Assembly: GCA_036262835.1 (NCBI GenBank)
Contig: DATAID010000070.1
Coordinates: 14,419-78,418 of the forward strand
DNA from: Burkholderiales bacterium
GTDB lineage: Bacteria > Pseudomonadota > Gammaproteobacteria > Burkholderiales > SG8-39
DNA: 64,000 nucleotides
Direction of reading: 5' to 3'
Made by a program: the position numbers and the translations under genes. Under the pieces are notes generated by a model that worked only from the letters and a program-made list of their open reading frames with translations, searched no databases and had not been told where the DNA came from. Positions 34,768-43,089 of this stretch are shown here, in pieces. The stretch's first letter is position 1. Each line of letters begins with the position of its first letter.

Positions 34768-35256
34768 ATGAAAGTCGTAATGAAAGCTGTCATCGCCTTC
34801 TCGACACTGGCGCTCGCCACCGCTGGCGCCTTCGCGCAGACCTCGACGGACAAGGACAAGACGCCCTCCACCTCGGGCTCGAGCTCCTCGTCTTCGAGCA
34901 CTGGCGTGAACCCGAAGTCCGGCCCGAGCCCCAACCCCAAGCAGGCGGGTGGAACGCAAGGCCCGGCGACCTCGTCGCCGTCGGCGTCGTCCTCGTCGTC
35001 CGACACGTCCAACAGCTCGACCAGCAGCACCGCGGCCGCCCCGTCGGCCTCGAGCAGCTCGAGCGGCGGCGCGAGCGTGACGCTCAAGTCGCTTGATACG
35101 AACAAGGACGGCTCTGTGAGCAAGTCGGAAGCCGAGGCGGCGCCCGATGTCGCCAAGGAGTTCAGCAAGCTCGACAAGAACCACGACGGCAAGCTCGACG
35201 AGACGGAGTTCTCGAAGCACAGCTCGTCTTCCTCGATGTCGTCCTCGAAGAAGTAA
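34768..35256 (+). CDS. secreted Ser-rich two-EF-hand protein
   Basis: SD GGAGG and a signal peptide (AFA-QT). Long poly-Ser/Thr/Pro linker, then the loops DTNKDGSVSKSE and DKNHDGKLDETE. Confidence 0.75.
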   Translation: MKVVMKAVIAFSTLALATAGAFAQTSTDKDKTPSTSGSSSSSSSTGVNPKSGPSPNPKQAGGTQGPATSSPSASSSSSDTSNSSTSSTAAAPSASSSSSGGASVTLKSLDTNKDGSVSKSEAEAAPDVAKEFSKLDKNHDGKLDETEFSKHSSSSSMSSSKK

Positions 35257-35295
35257 CGCAACCGCTAGAATCCGGGTGGTCCTCGGACCGCCCGG

Positions 35296-35700
35296 ATGCA
35301 GTACCCCATCCCAGAGCACGAAATCGAGATCACCGCGGTCCGCTCGGCGGGCGCCGGCGGCCAGAACGTCAACAAGGTCTCGAGCGCGATCCACCTGAGG
35401 TTCGACGTCGCGGCCTCCTCGCTTCCCGAGGCGGTCAAGGCCCGTCTGCTCGCGCGCAGCGACAGCCGCCTCACGAAAGACGGGGTGATCGTCATCAAGG
35501 CGCAGCAGCATCGCAGCCAGGACATGAACCGGGCCGAGGCCTTGCGCCGGCTCCACGAGATGGTGGGGGAGGCCGCGAGGGCGCCCAAGCCGAGGCGGGC
35601 GACCCGTCCCACGAAAGCGTCAAAGAAACGGCGGCTGGAGGCGAAACTCCGCCACGGGCGGATCAAGCAACTGCGGAAAGCCGTCCGGGAGGACGGCTAG
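35296..35700 (+). CDS. arfB: alternative ribosome-rescue factor ArfB (peptidyl-tRNA hydrolase)
   Basis: GGQ motif (SAGAGGQNVNKV) with a basic C-terminal tail. 134 aa. Confidence 0.9.
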   Translation: MQYPIPEHEIEITAVRSAGAGGQNVNKVSSAIHLRFDVAASSLPEAVKARLLARSDSRLTKDGVIVIKAQQHRSQDMNRAEALRRLHEMVGEAARAPKPRRATRPTKASKKRRLEAKLRHGRIKQLRKAVREDG

Positions 35701-35709
35701 GCCAACCCC

Positions 35710-36030
35710 TTAGAGGTCGTCCCGGCGGGACGGAATCGAGATTCCAGCCGGAATGTCCTCGCGCGGGGTCGAAGCCACGTGCGCGTCGACCGGCTGCGGC
35801 GGCGTCGAGCCCTTTTTGGGCCGGCCCGGGCGGTAGAACACCTGGAACGGCTTGAGCGGCGGCACCACGGGCGGCTTCTCGAGGTAGCGGCAGTCGGATT
35901 CGGTGGGCATGCTCGCCGTGGCGCCGATGCGACGGCCGCCGACGAAAACCGTGTAGCGAAGCATGTGCGCGGAGCCCGGGATCGGACGGGCGACGATTTC
36001 GTACTTACCGATCATGAAGCGCTGGAGCAT
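35710..36030 (-). CDS. hypothetical protein
   Basis: 106-aa ORF with high GC3. No recognisable family and no clear SD. Confidence 0.5.
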   Translation of the reverse strand: MLQRFMIGKYEIVARPIPGSAHMLRYTVFVGGRRIGATASMPTESDCRYLEKPPVVPPLKPFQVFYRPGRPKKGSTPPQPVDAHVASTPREDIPAGISIPSRRDDL

Positions 36031-36086
36031 AGAGGAGCATTATCTCACGAAAACATTCCCCAGAGCCCTGTTTTTCAATATTTATT

Positions 36087-36794
36087 TCACTTGAGGTCGA
36101 GCTCGGGGTAGTGCCGGAAAATGCCCTGCTGGTTGAAGGGCAGGCGCCGGTCCGAGGCAAGGTAGCGGGCGATTCCCGGGCGCTCGGCGACCCGGTCATG
36201 CAGGGCTGCCAGACGGGGATATTCCTTTTCCAGACCGCGCATTGCCCTCGGAAAGGCGTAGCGCATCCCCTGCACCATCTGGAAGAGGGAGAGGTCGGCG
36301 TAGCAGGCGCGGCGCCCGAGCAGGTAGCCTCCCCGGGGCAAAAGACCCTCGAAGTAATTCAGGTATTTGGGCGCCCGATTGGCCAGGAAGTCCGCCGCCC
36401 GGCGCTTCGATTCGGCCTTCTGTTCCTCGTAGTAAAGCCCCGATCCGATCGGATGGTGGACATCGTGCGCCTCGCCGAGCCAGTCGGCGATCGTCAGCTG
36501 CGCCTGATGCACTTGGAGGCGGCCAGCCTCGCTTGAAGGGGCAAGGCGCAGGCGCGGTCCGAGGTAAAGCAGGATGTTGGCCGTTTGCGCGATCAGCCGC
36601 CGGCCCGAGACGAGAAAAGGCGGCGCAAACGGGGGATTCTTCTTCTGCCCGAGCAGCCGCTCCATCTCGGCCATGCCGCCCGGGTGGCGCGCCACGTCTT
36701 CGTAAGGGGCGCCCGCATCCTCGAGCGCGAGCCGCACGAACTCGCCCCGGCCCTGGATGCCGGGCCAGTAATAAAGAAGGTAGCGGGCCCGCGT
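36087..36794 (-). CDS. glutathione S-transferase (RGRGE-type N-terminus) without canonical start codon
   Basis: YLLYYWPGIQGRGEFVRLALEDAG thioredoxin-like N-domain plus a helical C-domain. The only in-frame candidates before the conserved N-terminus are ACG (36794) and CTG (36809). Confidence 0.7.
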   Translation of the reverse strand, partial: TRARYLLYYWPGIQGRGEFVRLALEDAGAPYEDVARHPGGMAEMERLLGQKKNPPFAPPFLVSGRRLIAQTANILLYLGPRLRLAPSSEAGRLQVHQAQLTIADWLGEAHDVHHPIGSGLYYEEQKAESKRRAADFLANRAPKYLNYFEGLLPRGGYLLGRRACYADLSLFQMVQGMRYAFPRAMRGLEKEYPRLAALHDRVAERPGIARYLASDRRLPFNQQGIFRHYPELDLK

Positions 36795-36805
36795 TTTTCC
36801 GAGGC

Positions 36806-37375
36806 TCAGAAGGGGTTGTAGGTCTTCTTCGGCGTGTAGTGCATGTAGCCGACGCTCGCCCCGGCGCGCAGGCCGACGCCGAGGCGGATCGGCGCGAGCA
36901 CGATGCCGTTCCTCTGCTGGTAGTTCATGCCGACGCCGCCCACGAAGTAGAGGCTTCCGTCCACGCCGGGGAAGCGCTGGAACATCGCGCTCGGCTTGGG
37001 CAGGTGATAGACGAGGATGAAGACCTTGGAGAGGTTCGCGCCCGCGTCGAAGCCGATCGAGGGGCCCGTCCACCACACGTGGCGCGAGCCCATGCTCTTG
37101 GTGACGAGCTCGCCGTCGCCGTAGCGCAGGCCGACGGTAAGCGCCGCGGCGCCCTCGTTGCCCTTGATGTAGCCGTTCGGCCGGCCGTGGTCGGCGAAGG
37201 CCTTCTCGATCACCTTGGCGAGGCCCTCGGTGTTCTTGCCGAAGAAGCCCTCGGCGTCCCGAAGGACCGAATCCTTGTCGTAGGTGCCGCTTTCGTTCTG
37301 CTTTTTATCTTCCGCGTAGCTGAACGAAAACAGGCCGAGCGCGAGAACGAAAATCAGCAGCAGGCGCGTTTTCAT
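36806..37375 (-). CDS. DUF1134 (EipA-like) periplasmic protein
   Basis: Signal peptide. GYIKGNEGAAALTVGLRYGDGEL...WWTGPSIGFDAGAN...PIRLGVGLRAGASVGYMHYT matches the DUF1134 pattern. Confidence 0.8.
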   Translation of the reverse strand: MKTRLLLIFVLALGLFSFSYAEDKKQNESGTYDKDSVLRDAEGFFGKNTEGLAKVIEKAFADHGRPNGYIKGNEGAAALTVGLRYGDGELVTKSMGSRHVWWTGPSIGFDAGANLSKVFILVYHLPKPSAMFQRFPGVDGSLYFVGGVGMNYQQRNGIVLAPIRLGVGLRAGASVGYMHYTPKKTYNPF

Positions 37376-37390
37376 GGCGCCACTTTACAC

Positions 37391-37747
37391 CTATCCCAGC
37401 CAGGCGAGGGCGGCGCCGACGTCGCGGAAATTCTTCACGTTGAGCCCGCGGTTCTCGGCCACCATGTCGATCATGTCGTTCGCCTCGAAGAAGCCGGGCG
37501 TGTGGTGAACGAGCGCGATGCGGTGCTCGGGCGTGAGGCCGAGCGAGGGCAGGCGCTCGACCAGCATGAACTGGCCGGTGCCGCTGAGCGGCACTTTCTG
37601 CGAGAGCTCGATCAGGATGCGCTTGAGGCCGAGGCGGCGGGCCTCGGTCATAATCGCCTCGCAGACCTGGAAGGGCGGGCGCGTCGTGTCGCGACCCCAC
37701 ACCTTGGCGTGCAGCAGGTCGGCCTTGGGCTCGAGAGTGAATTGCAT
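37391..37747 (-). CDS. hypothetical protein, possibly STAS/SpoIIAA-like fold
   Basis: 118-aa ORF from ATG 37747 with high GC3. The rest of the listed 771-aa ORF is shadow frame. The fold guess is weak. Confidence 0.5.
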   Translation of the reverse strand: MQFTLEPKADLLHAKVWGRDTTRPPFQVCEAIMTEARRLGLKRILIELSQKVPLSGTGQFMLVERLPSLGLTPEHRIALVHHTPGFFEANDMIDMVAENRGLNVKNFRDVGAALAWLG

Positions 37748-37795
37748 GGGCAAAAAAACGCGCGATGCTAGCACGGATACTTTAGGGTTAAAACG

Positions 37796-38893
37796 ATGAA
37801 GCCCGAATCTTTTCGCCTCGCTGTGCCGGATTCCTCGCTCGCCGAGCTGCGCGAGCGTTTGAAACATGCGCGCTGGCCCGACGAGCCGCCGCTCGAGCCG
37901 TGGTCGACCGGCACGAGCCTCGCGTACATGAAGGAGCTCGCCGCGTACTGGCGGGAGCGCTTCGACTGGCGCGCGTGGGAAGCGAGGCTGAACGCGTTCC
38001 CGCAGTACAAGGCGAAGGTTTCCGGCATCGATCTGCACTTCATCCACCTGCCGTCGAAGAAGAAGAACGCGCTGCCGTTGCTTTTGTCTCACGGCTGGCC
38101 GGGCTCGCTCTTCGAGTTCCACAAGCTCCTGCCGATGCTCGCCGAGGAGTTCACGGTGGTCGCGCCCTCGCTGCCGGGCTACGGGCTCTCGTTCGCGCCC
38201 GGGCAGCGGCGCTTCGGCGCCGAGGACATGGCCGACTGCTTCGCCGAGCTGATGAGCCTGCTCGGCTACGAGCGCTTCGGCGCGCAGGGCGGCGACTGGG
38301 GTGCTTCGATCAGCTCGCTGCTCGCGGTGAGGCACGCGCAACGCCTCATGGGCATTCATTTGAATTTGCTGATGGTGCGGCGGGAGCCGAAACTCGTCGA
38401 TGACCCGGTCTATCTGCAGCAGTTGAACCACTTCCTGAAAGAAGAGGCAGGCTACCAGGCCATTCAAGGGACGAAGCCTCAGACGCTCGCGTACGGGCTT
38501 TCGGACTCGCCTGTCGGGCTCCTCGCCTGGATCGCCGAGAAGTTCCGCACCTGGAGCGATTGCGGCGGTGTGATCGAAAACGCGATCAGCCGCGACGAGC
38601 TGCTCGCCAACGTGTCGCTCTACTGGTTCACCGGCGCGATCGGCTCGTCCTTCTGGCCGTACTACGCGCGGCTGCACGGCGGCTGGCCGATTCCCGAGGG
38701 CTCGGTGAAGGTGCCGACCGGCTACGCCCAGTTCCCGAAGGAGATCCTCACGCCGCCGCGCGCGCTCGCCGCGAAGACCTATACCGACATCCGCCGCTGG
38801 AGCGTGATGCCCAAAGGCGGGCACTTCGCCGCCCTGGAGCAGCCTGAGGCGCTCGCCCGCGAAGTGAAGGCGTTCTTCAGCGAAATAGCGTAA
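37796..38893 (+). CDS. epoxide hydrolase (alpha/beta hydrolase with EH N-terminal domain)
   Basis: F...VPDSSLAELRERLKHARWP, LLLSHGWPGS and GGDWGA nucleophile-elbow motifs typical of microsomal-type epoxide hydrolases. Confidence 0.88.
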   Translation: MKPESFRLAVPDSSLAELRERLKHARWPDEPPLEPWSTGTSLAYMKELAAYWRERFDWRAWEARLNAFPQYKAKVSGIDLHFIHLPSKKKNALPLLLSHGWPGSLFEFHKLLPMLAEEFTVVAPSLPGYGLSFAPGQRRFGAEDMADCFAELMSLLGYERFGAQGGDWGASISSLLAVRHAQRLMGIHLNLLMVRREPKLVDDPVYLQQLNHFLKEEAGYQAIQGTKPQTLAYGLSDSPVGLLAWIAEKFRTWSDCGGVIENAISRDELLANVSLYWFTGAIGSSFWPYYARLHGGWPIPEGSVKVPTGYAQFPKEILTPPRALAAKTYTDIRRWSVMPKGGHFAALEQPEALAREVKAFFSEIA

Positions 38894-39773
38894 CCGCCGC
38901 GACGCCCGCGGCGAGCAGCGCCATGCCGGTGAGCTCGCGCCGCGACAGGCGCTCGCGAAAGAGCTTGAGCGAGACGAGGTAGCTGAAGACGAGCTCGACG
39001 AGGCCGAGCGTGCGCACGTGCGCGGCGGGCTGGAGCGCAAAGGCCGTGAACCACCCCGCCGAAGCGGCGGCGCCCATGAAGCCGGCGAGCACCGAGGGCC
39101 GCGAGAGTCTCGCCGCGCGCGCCACGGTCGGCGGACTCTTGAAGAGAAGAAAGCCGCCGAGCAGCACGGTCTGCATCGCCTGCGCAATGACGAGCGTGAA
39201 GGCGGCCGCGAGGAGGAAGCCCGCGCCGGAGAGCGCGAGCGCCGCGCCGCGGTAGCCGACCGAAGCGAGCGCGAAGCCCGCGCCCGAGGCGAGCCCGAGG
39301 AGGGCCGGCCCCGTTGCCCACCCGAGCTTGACGCCGCCCGGCGTGAGCATGAGCACGCCCGCGGTGCCCAGGGCGACCGCGACGCCGAGCGGGATCGTGA
39401 GCGGATCGCCGAGGAACACGAACGCGAAGATGGCGACCTGCAGGACCTCGCTCTTGGAATAGGCGACCCCGAGCGCGAAGTTGCGCTCCTCCATGACCCG
39501 CAGCAGCAGCGCCGTGGCGACGATCTGGGTGACGGCGCCGAGAAGCACCCAGAGCAGGAACGGCGAATTGATTTCAGGAAGCTTTTCGTGGACGAACGCT
39601 TGAACCGCGAAAAGCCAGACGACGGCAAAAGGCAAGCCGTAGAGGAACCGGACCCAGGTCGCGCCCAGCGTCCCGAGCTCGGCCGTAAGGCTGCGCTGCG
39701 CGGCATTCCTCACGGTCTGGGCGAACGCCGCCCAGACGGTAATCGGGATCCACCACCAGTCGGCGGGGCTCAA
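38877..39773 (-). CDS. DMT (EamA-like) superfamily transporter
   Basis: About ten hydrophobic helices in a two-repeat layout. TTG start. Confidence 0.75.
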   Translation of the reverse strand: MSPADWWWIPITVWAAFAQTVRNAAQRSLTAELGTLGATWVRFLYGLPFAVVWLFAVQAFVHEKLPEINSPFLLWVLLGAVTQIVATALLLRVMEERNFALGVAYSKSEVLQVAIFAFVFLGDPLTIPLGVAVALGTAGVLMLTPGGVKLGWATGPALLGLASGAGFALASVGYRGAALALSGAGFLLAAAFTLVIAQAMQTVLLGGFLLFKSPPTVARAARLSRPSVLAGFMGAAASAGWFTAFALQPAAHVRTLGLVELVFSYLVSLKLFRERLSRRELTGMALLAAGVAAVTLFR

Positions 39774-39792
39774 GGGGGGGTAGGCCCGGGCC

Positions 39793-40260
39793 TTACTTGC
39801 GGGGGGCCGGGTGGATGTTGTCCACCCAGTGCACTTCTTCGGGCTTCTCGACGACGGGGATGTCGAGGTTCACGACCACGGGCTCCTGGCCGCTGCGGCA
39901 GAGGACGCAGGAGAGCGGCTCGGTGTCGCTTGCGTTGATTTCCTGGTGGGGCACGTACGGCGGCACATAGATGAAGTCGCCCGGGCCGGCTTCGGCGACG
40001 AATTCGAGCTGCTCGCCCCAGCGCATGCGCGCCTTGCCGGAGACGACGTAGATCACGCTCTCGACCGGGCCGTGGTGGTGCGCGCCGGTTTTCGCCCTGG
40101 GATGGATGACCACGGTGCCCGCCCACAGCTTCTCGGCGCCGGCGCGTGCGCGCGTGATCGCCGCGGCGCGGTTCATGCCGGGCGTTTGCGGGGTGTTGAT
40201 GTCGAGCTCGTTCGCATGGACGACGCGAACGCCCGAGAGCTTCCATTTCGAGTCGGCCAT
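39793..40260 (-). CDS. cupin domain protein
   Basis: HHHGPVESVIYVVSG...GDFIYVPPYVPHQE gives the two cupin motifs. Confidence 0.8.
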   Translation of the reverse strand: MADSKWKLSGVRVVHANELDINTPQTPGMNRAAAITRARAGAEKLWAGTVVIHPRAKTGAHHHGPVESVIYVVSGKARMRWGEQLEFVAEAGPGDFIYVPPYVPHQEINASDTEPLSCVLCRSGQEPVVVNLDIPVVEKPEEVHWVDNIHPAPRK

Positions 40261-40292
40261 GGCGCTACCTCACCGGGCCGAATTTACCTTAC

Positions 40293-40925
40293 TCAGCGCT
40301 GCGGGGGCGGAGCGGAGGAATGGCGCGGCATGCGGTCGTCATCGCGCCGCGCCTGCGCGGGCGGGACATCGTCCTGCCTTGCCTGCGGGGGCGGCGGCTG
40401 CCGGCCCTGCGCGATGTCCTCGTTGGCGAAGCGCTGCACGAGCGCGTAGAAGCCCTGGTAGAACTTGGGATCCTGGATGGTCTCGCGCGACTGCACCGAG
40501 AGCCGCTTCTCGGAGCCCGAGGGCAGGCTCAGCGTGAACACGCTGATGCCGGTCGTGGTCGAGTAGCCCACCTTCTGCAGCGTGCTGATCTCGCGCGAGG
40601 CGGTGGCGAACACGGTGCTCGTGCCGTCGCGGTTGTCCACGCAGGTCGCCTGCATGCGCTGCGTGATGTTGGTTTCTTCGTCCTTCTGCGTATCCTTGTA
40701 GCCGCTCATGACGAGCGAATCGGCGCTGCGCTCGAGCATGTAGCCCTGCGTGAGGAAGGCGCGCTTCACGGCCCAGCACACGTTCTCGCCGGGTCCCTTC
40801 ACGCGCTGACTGTAAGGCGTGTCGGCGCGGAATTCCTCCTTCACGACCTTCTTGCCGCCGCAGCCGCCGAGGATGACAAGCGCGGGCAACGCAACGGCGA
40901 GCAACACCTTCGCATGTGTGGCCAT
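40293..40925 (-). CDS. lipoprotein (possibly DUF2242 family)
   Basis: Lipobox ILGGC after a signal peptide. ATG at 40925. Pro/Gln/Asp-rich C-terminus. The family call is from memory only. Confidence 0.65.
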   Translation of the reverse strand: MATHAKVLLAVALPALVILGGCGGKKVVKEEFRADTPYSQRVKGPGENVCWAVKRAFLTQGYMLERSADSLVMSGYKDTQKDEETNITQRMQATCVDNRDGTSTVFATASREISTLQKVGYSTTTGISVFTLSLPSGSEKRLSVQSRETIQDPKFYQGFYALVQRFANEDIAQGRQPPPPQARQDDVPPAQARRDDDRMPRHSSAPPPQR

Positions 40926-41131
40926 GGGAGTTGGGGTCCGCCGCGGATGCAAAAGTTCCGGACCGGGTCCGGCGCGCTCATGCAGTGCAAACGACCCTTG
41001 GCGTCACACAATGCTCGATGGGGTCGCCCTCGAACGACGCGGCGCGGCCGGAAGCGTACGTAGGCGATTGATTTTCCTCGGTGGCATGTGCTTTGCGGCT
41101 TGGCAGGCGTTGTACCCACAAGGAGACTGAT

Positions 41132-42085
41132 ATGCAAAGGCAACGTCATACCTTGCTGTCACTCGCAGTATGCGCCGCGCTCGGCGGCGCGCTGCCTGCG
41201 GTCTACGCGCAGACGCAGGACCGCTCGTCCGACACGCGCTCCGACCAGAGCACGCAGGACAGGCAGTCCAACGCGCGGCCCGAGGCCCAACAGGGCACCG
41301 AGCGCGACCGGTTCCTCTGGGACCGGAACGAGTACCGCGACCGGCAGGACATCGCGTCGAACCGCCAGGACACGCGCCACGCCTCGTGGAGGAACGGCGA
41401 TCACGACAACGGCTGGCATAACGGCTGGAGCGGGAATGACAACGGCTTGCACAACGGCTGGCGCGACCACGACCATGACAAATGGCGCGATCACGACGGC
41501 TGGCGCAAGCACGGCGATTTCCGCGGCGACTTCCGCGATATCCGGAATAACGCCGAGATCCGGGGCGACTTCCGCGAGATCCGCGAGGACCGCGCCGAAT
41601 TGCAGCGCGACCTCGCCGAGCGTGCGGCCAACCGCGACCAGCTGAAGGTCGCGCTCGGCACCAACGACCGTGACGGCATCGCCTGGGAGCGGGGCCAGAT
41701 CCGCGAGAACAACCGCGAGATCCGGCAGGACCGCCGGGAGCTGCGGGGCGACTTCCGCGAGTTGCGCTCGGACTTCCGCGACGTGCGGAACGACCGGCAT
41801 GACTTCGATCGCCACGATGGCGACCATCGCTTCGGCGAGCACCACGGCGACCATCGCTTCGGCGACCGCGACCGCCATCGTGACGTAAGGCACGTCGATT
41901 TCAGGCACGACTCGCACGATCGGCGCGACTTCGGTCACGACCGCGGCGAACGCCACGGGTTCGACCGCAACAGCCACGACCGGCGCGACTTCGGCCACGA
42001 CCGGGGCCACAACGGCCGCAGCACGGAGTTCACCCACAAGGATGACACCCGCGTGAAAGCGGACGCGAAAGTGGCGTCGAAGTAG
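41132..42085 (+). CDS. secreted Asp/Arg/His/Asn-rich repeat protein (no recognised family)
   Basis: SD AGGAG and a signal peptide ending VYA-QT. The mature part is built from NGW, RGDFR(E/D)(I/L)R, GDHRFG and SHDRRDFGHDRG repeats. Confidence 0.7.
   Translation: MQRQRHTLLSLAVCAALGGALPAVYAQTQDRSSDTRSDQSTQDRQSNARPEAQQGTERDRFLWDRNEYRDRQDIASNRQDTRHASWRNGDHDNGWHNGWSGNDNGLHNGWRDHDHDKWRDHDGWRKHGDFRGDFRDIRNNAEIRGDFREIREDRAELQRDLAERAANRDQLKVALGTNDRDGIAWERGQIRENNREIRQDRRELRGDFRELRSDFRDVRNDRHDFDRHDGDHRFGEHHGDHRFGDRDRHRDVRHVDFRHDSHDRRDFGHDRGERHGFDRNSHDRRDFGHDRGHNGRSTEFTHKDDTRVKADAKVASK
41400..42010 (+). repeat. in-frame degenerate tandem repeats inside the 41132-42085 CDS
   Basis: For example, 41914-41945 and 41974-42005 are near-identical copies 60 nt apart. 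Multiple GACTTCCGCGA(G/T)AT units occur between 41520 and 41790. Confidence 0.6.
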
Positions 42086-42113
42086 TCAAGTAGTCATTGG
42101 AAGGCGTTTTGGT

Positions 42114-42135
42114 CCCCGGGGCTGCGGCCCCGGGG
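42114..42135 (+). terminator. GC hairpin between the repeat-protein gene and sodB (terminator or leader structure)
   Basis: CCCCGGGGC-TGCG-GCCCCGGGG is a 9-bp stem followed by CCTTGCTT. It lies 29 nt after the stop at 42085 and 32 nt before the sodB ATG. Confidence 0.45.
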
Positions 42136-42166
42136 CCTTGCTTAGCGGAAAGGCAGGAAACCTGTG

Positions 42167-42787
42167 ATGCAGCTCGTCAAGTCAGGAAGCGCGACCGAGT
42201 TCCAGATCCCCGACCTGCCGTACCCGGTCGACGCGCTCGAGCCCGTGCTCTCGCGCGAGACCCTCGAGTATCACTACGGCGCGCACCACCTCGGCTACGT
42301 GGAGAAGCTGAACGGCCTCGTCGCCGGCACGCGCCTCGAGCACGCCACGCTCGAGCAGATCGTGCGCACCTCGACCGGCGCCGTGTTCAACAATGCGGCG
42401 CAGGTGTGGAACCACAACTTCTACTGGGATTGCATGGCGCCGCAGGGCGCGCGCGGCGCGGGTTCCGGCCCTCAGGGCGACCTCGCCACGCGCCTTGCCT
42501 CGACCTTCGGCTCCTTCGAGAGCTTCAAGGAGGTCTTCAAGCGCCACGCCGTGCAGAAATTCGGCTCGGGCTGGACTTGGCTCGTGAAGACGGGCGACGG
42601 CCTGCTCGTCGTGCGCAACACCGATGACGCCGACACGCCGATTCGCACCAACGAGACGCCGCTCCTCACCTGCGACGTGTGGGAGCACGCGTACTACGTC
42701 GATTACCGCAATGACCGCGCCAAGTACGTCGACGCGTTCATGAGCATCGTCAACTGGAAGTTTGTGGAAGGAAACCTGAAGCCATGA
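42167..42787 (+). CDS. sodB: Fe-type superoxide dismutase
   Basis: LPYPVDALEP...EYHYGAHH, NNAAQVWNHNFYW and DVWEHAYY signatures. ATG at 42167 is preceded by AGGAAA (GTG at 42164 is also in frame). Confidence 0.92.
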   Translation: MQLVKSGSATEFQIPDLPYPVDALEPVLSRETLEYHYGAHHLGYVEKLNGLVAGTRLEHATLEQIVRTSTGAVFNNAAQVWNHNFYWDCMAPQGARGAGSGPQGDLATRLASTFGSFESFKEVFKRHAVQKFGSGWTWLVKTGDGLLVVRNTDDADTPIRTNETPLLTCDVWEHAYYVDYRNDRAKYVDAFMSIVNWKFVEGNLKP

Positions 42788-43077
42788 CGACCCACCGAGT
42801 GTTGCAGGCCGCCGTCGCAACCGCCGCCGCGCTCCTGAGCGCGGCGGCGGTTCCGGCGCTCGCCGGCGAAGCCGCCACCACTGCGGGGCCGCCGAGCCCC
42901 TATGCCGTGACCTTCGAGCAGCTCGACAGCAACCGGGACGGCAAGCTCTCGTTCAGCGAGGCCTTCGCCAACCCCACGCTGAGCAACAACTTCAACCTGA
43001 TCGACAGCAACGCGGACGGCTTCCTCAGCCTCGCGGAGATTCGCGCCGCCATCGGCGGGAGCGTGTTCGGCGGTTGA
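42784..43077 (+). CDS. secreted two-EF-hand protein
   Basis: Signal peptide (ALA-GE). Loops DSNRDGKLSFSE and DSNADGFLSLAE. Its ATG overlaps the sodB TGA (ATGA). Confidence 0.75.
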   Translation: MTTHRVLQAAVATAAALLSAAAVPALAGEAATTAGPPSPYAVTFEQLDSNRDGKLSFSEAFANPTLSNNFNLIDSNADGFLSLAEIRAAIGGSVFGG

Positions 43078-43089
43078 GCGGCGGCGGGG

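Noticed and set aside
37391-39706. The 771-aa minus-strand ORF spanning the epoxide hydrolase and DMT transporter loci.
   Set aside because: Only the final 118 codons form a plausible gene. The remainder overlaps two well-supported genes and is Ser/Arg/Pro-rich shadow frame.
41159-42037. A 292-aa antisense ORF fully covering the repeat-protein gene.
   Set aside because: It is a consequence of the GAC/CGC/CAC-rich repeats, whose complements lack stops. It has no SD or signal features, whereas the plus-strand gene has both.
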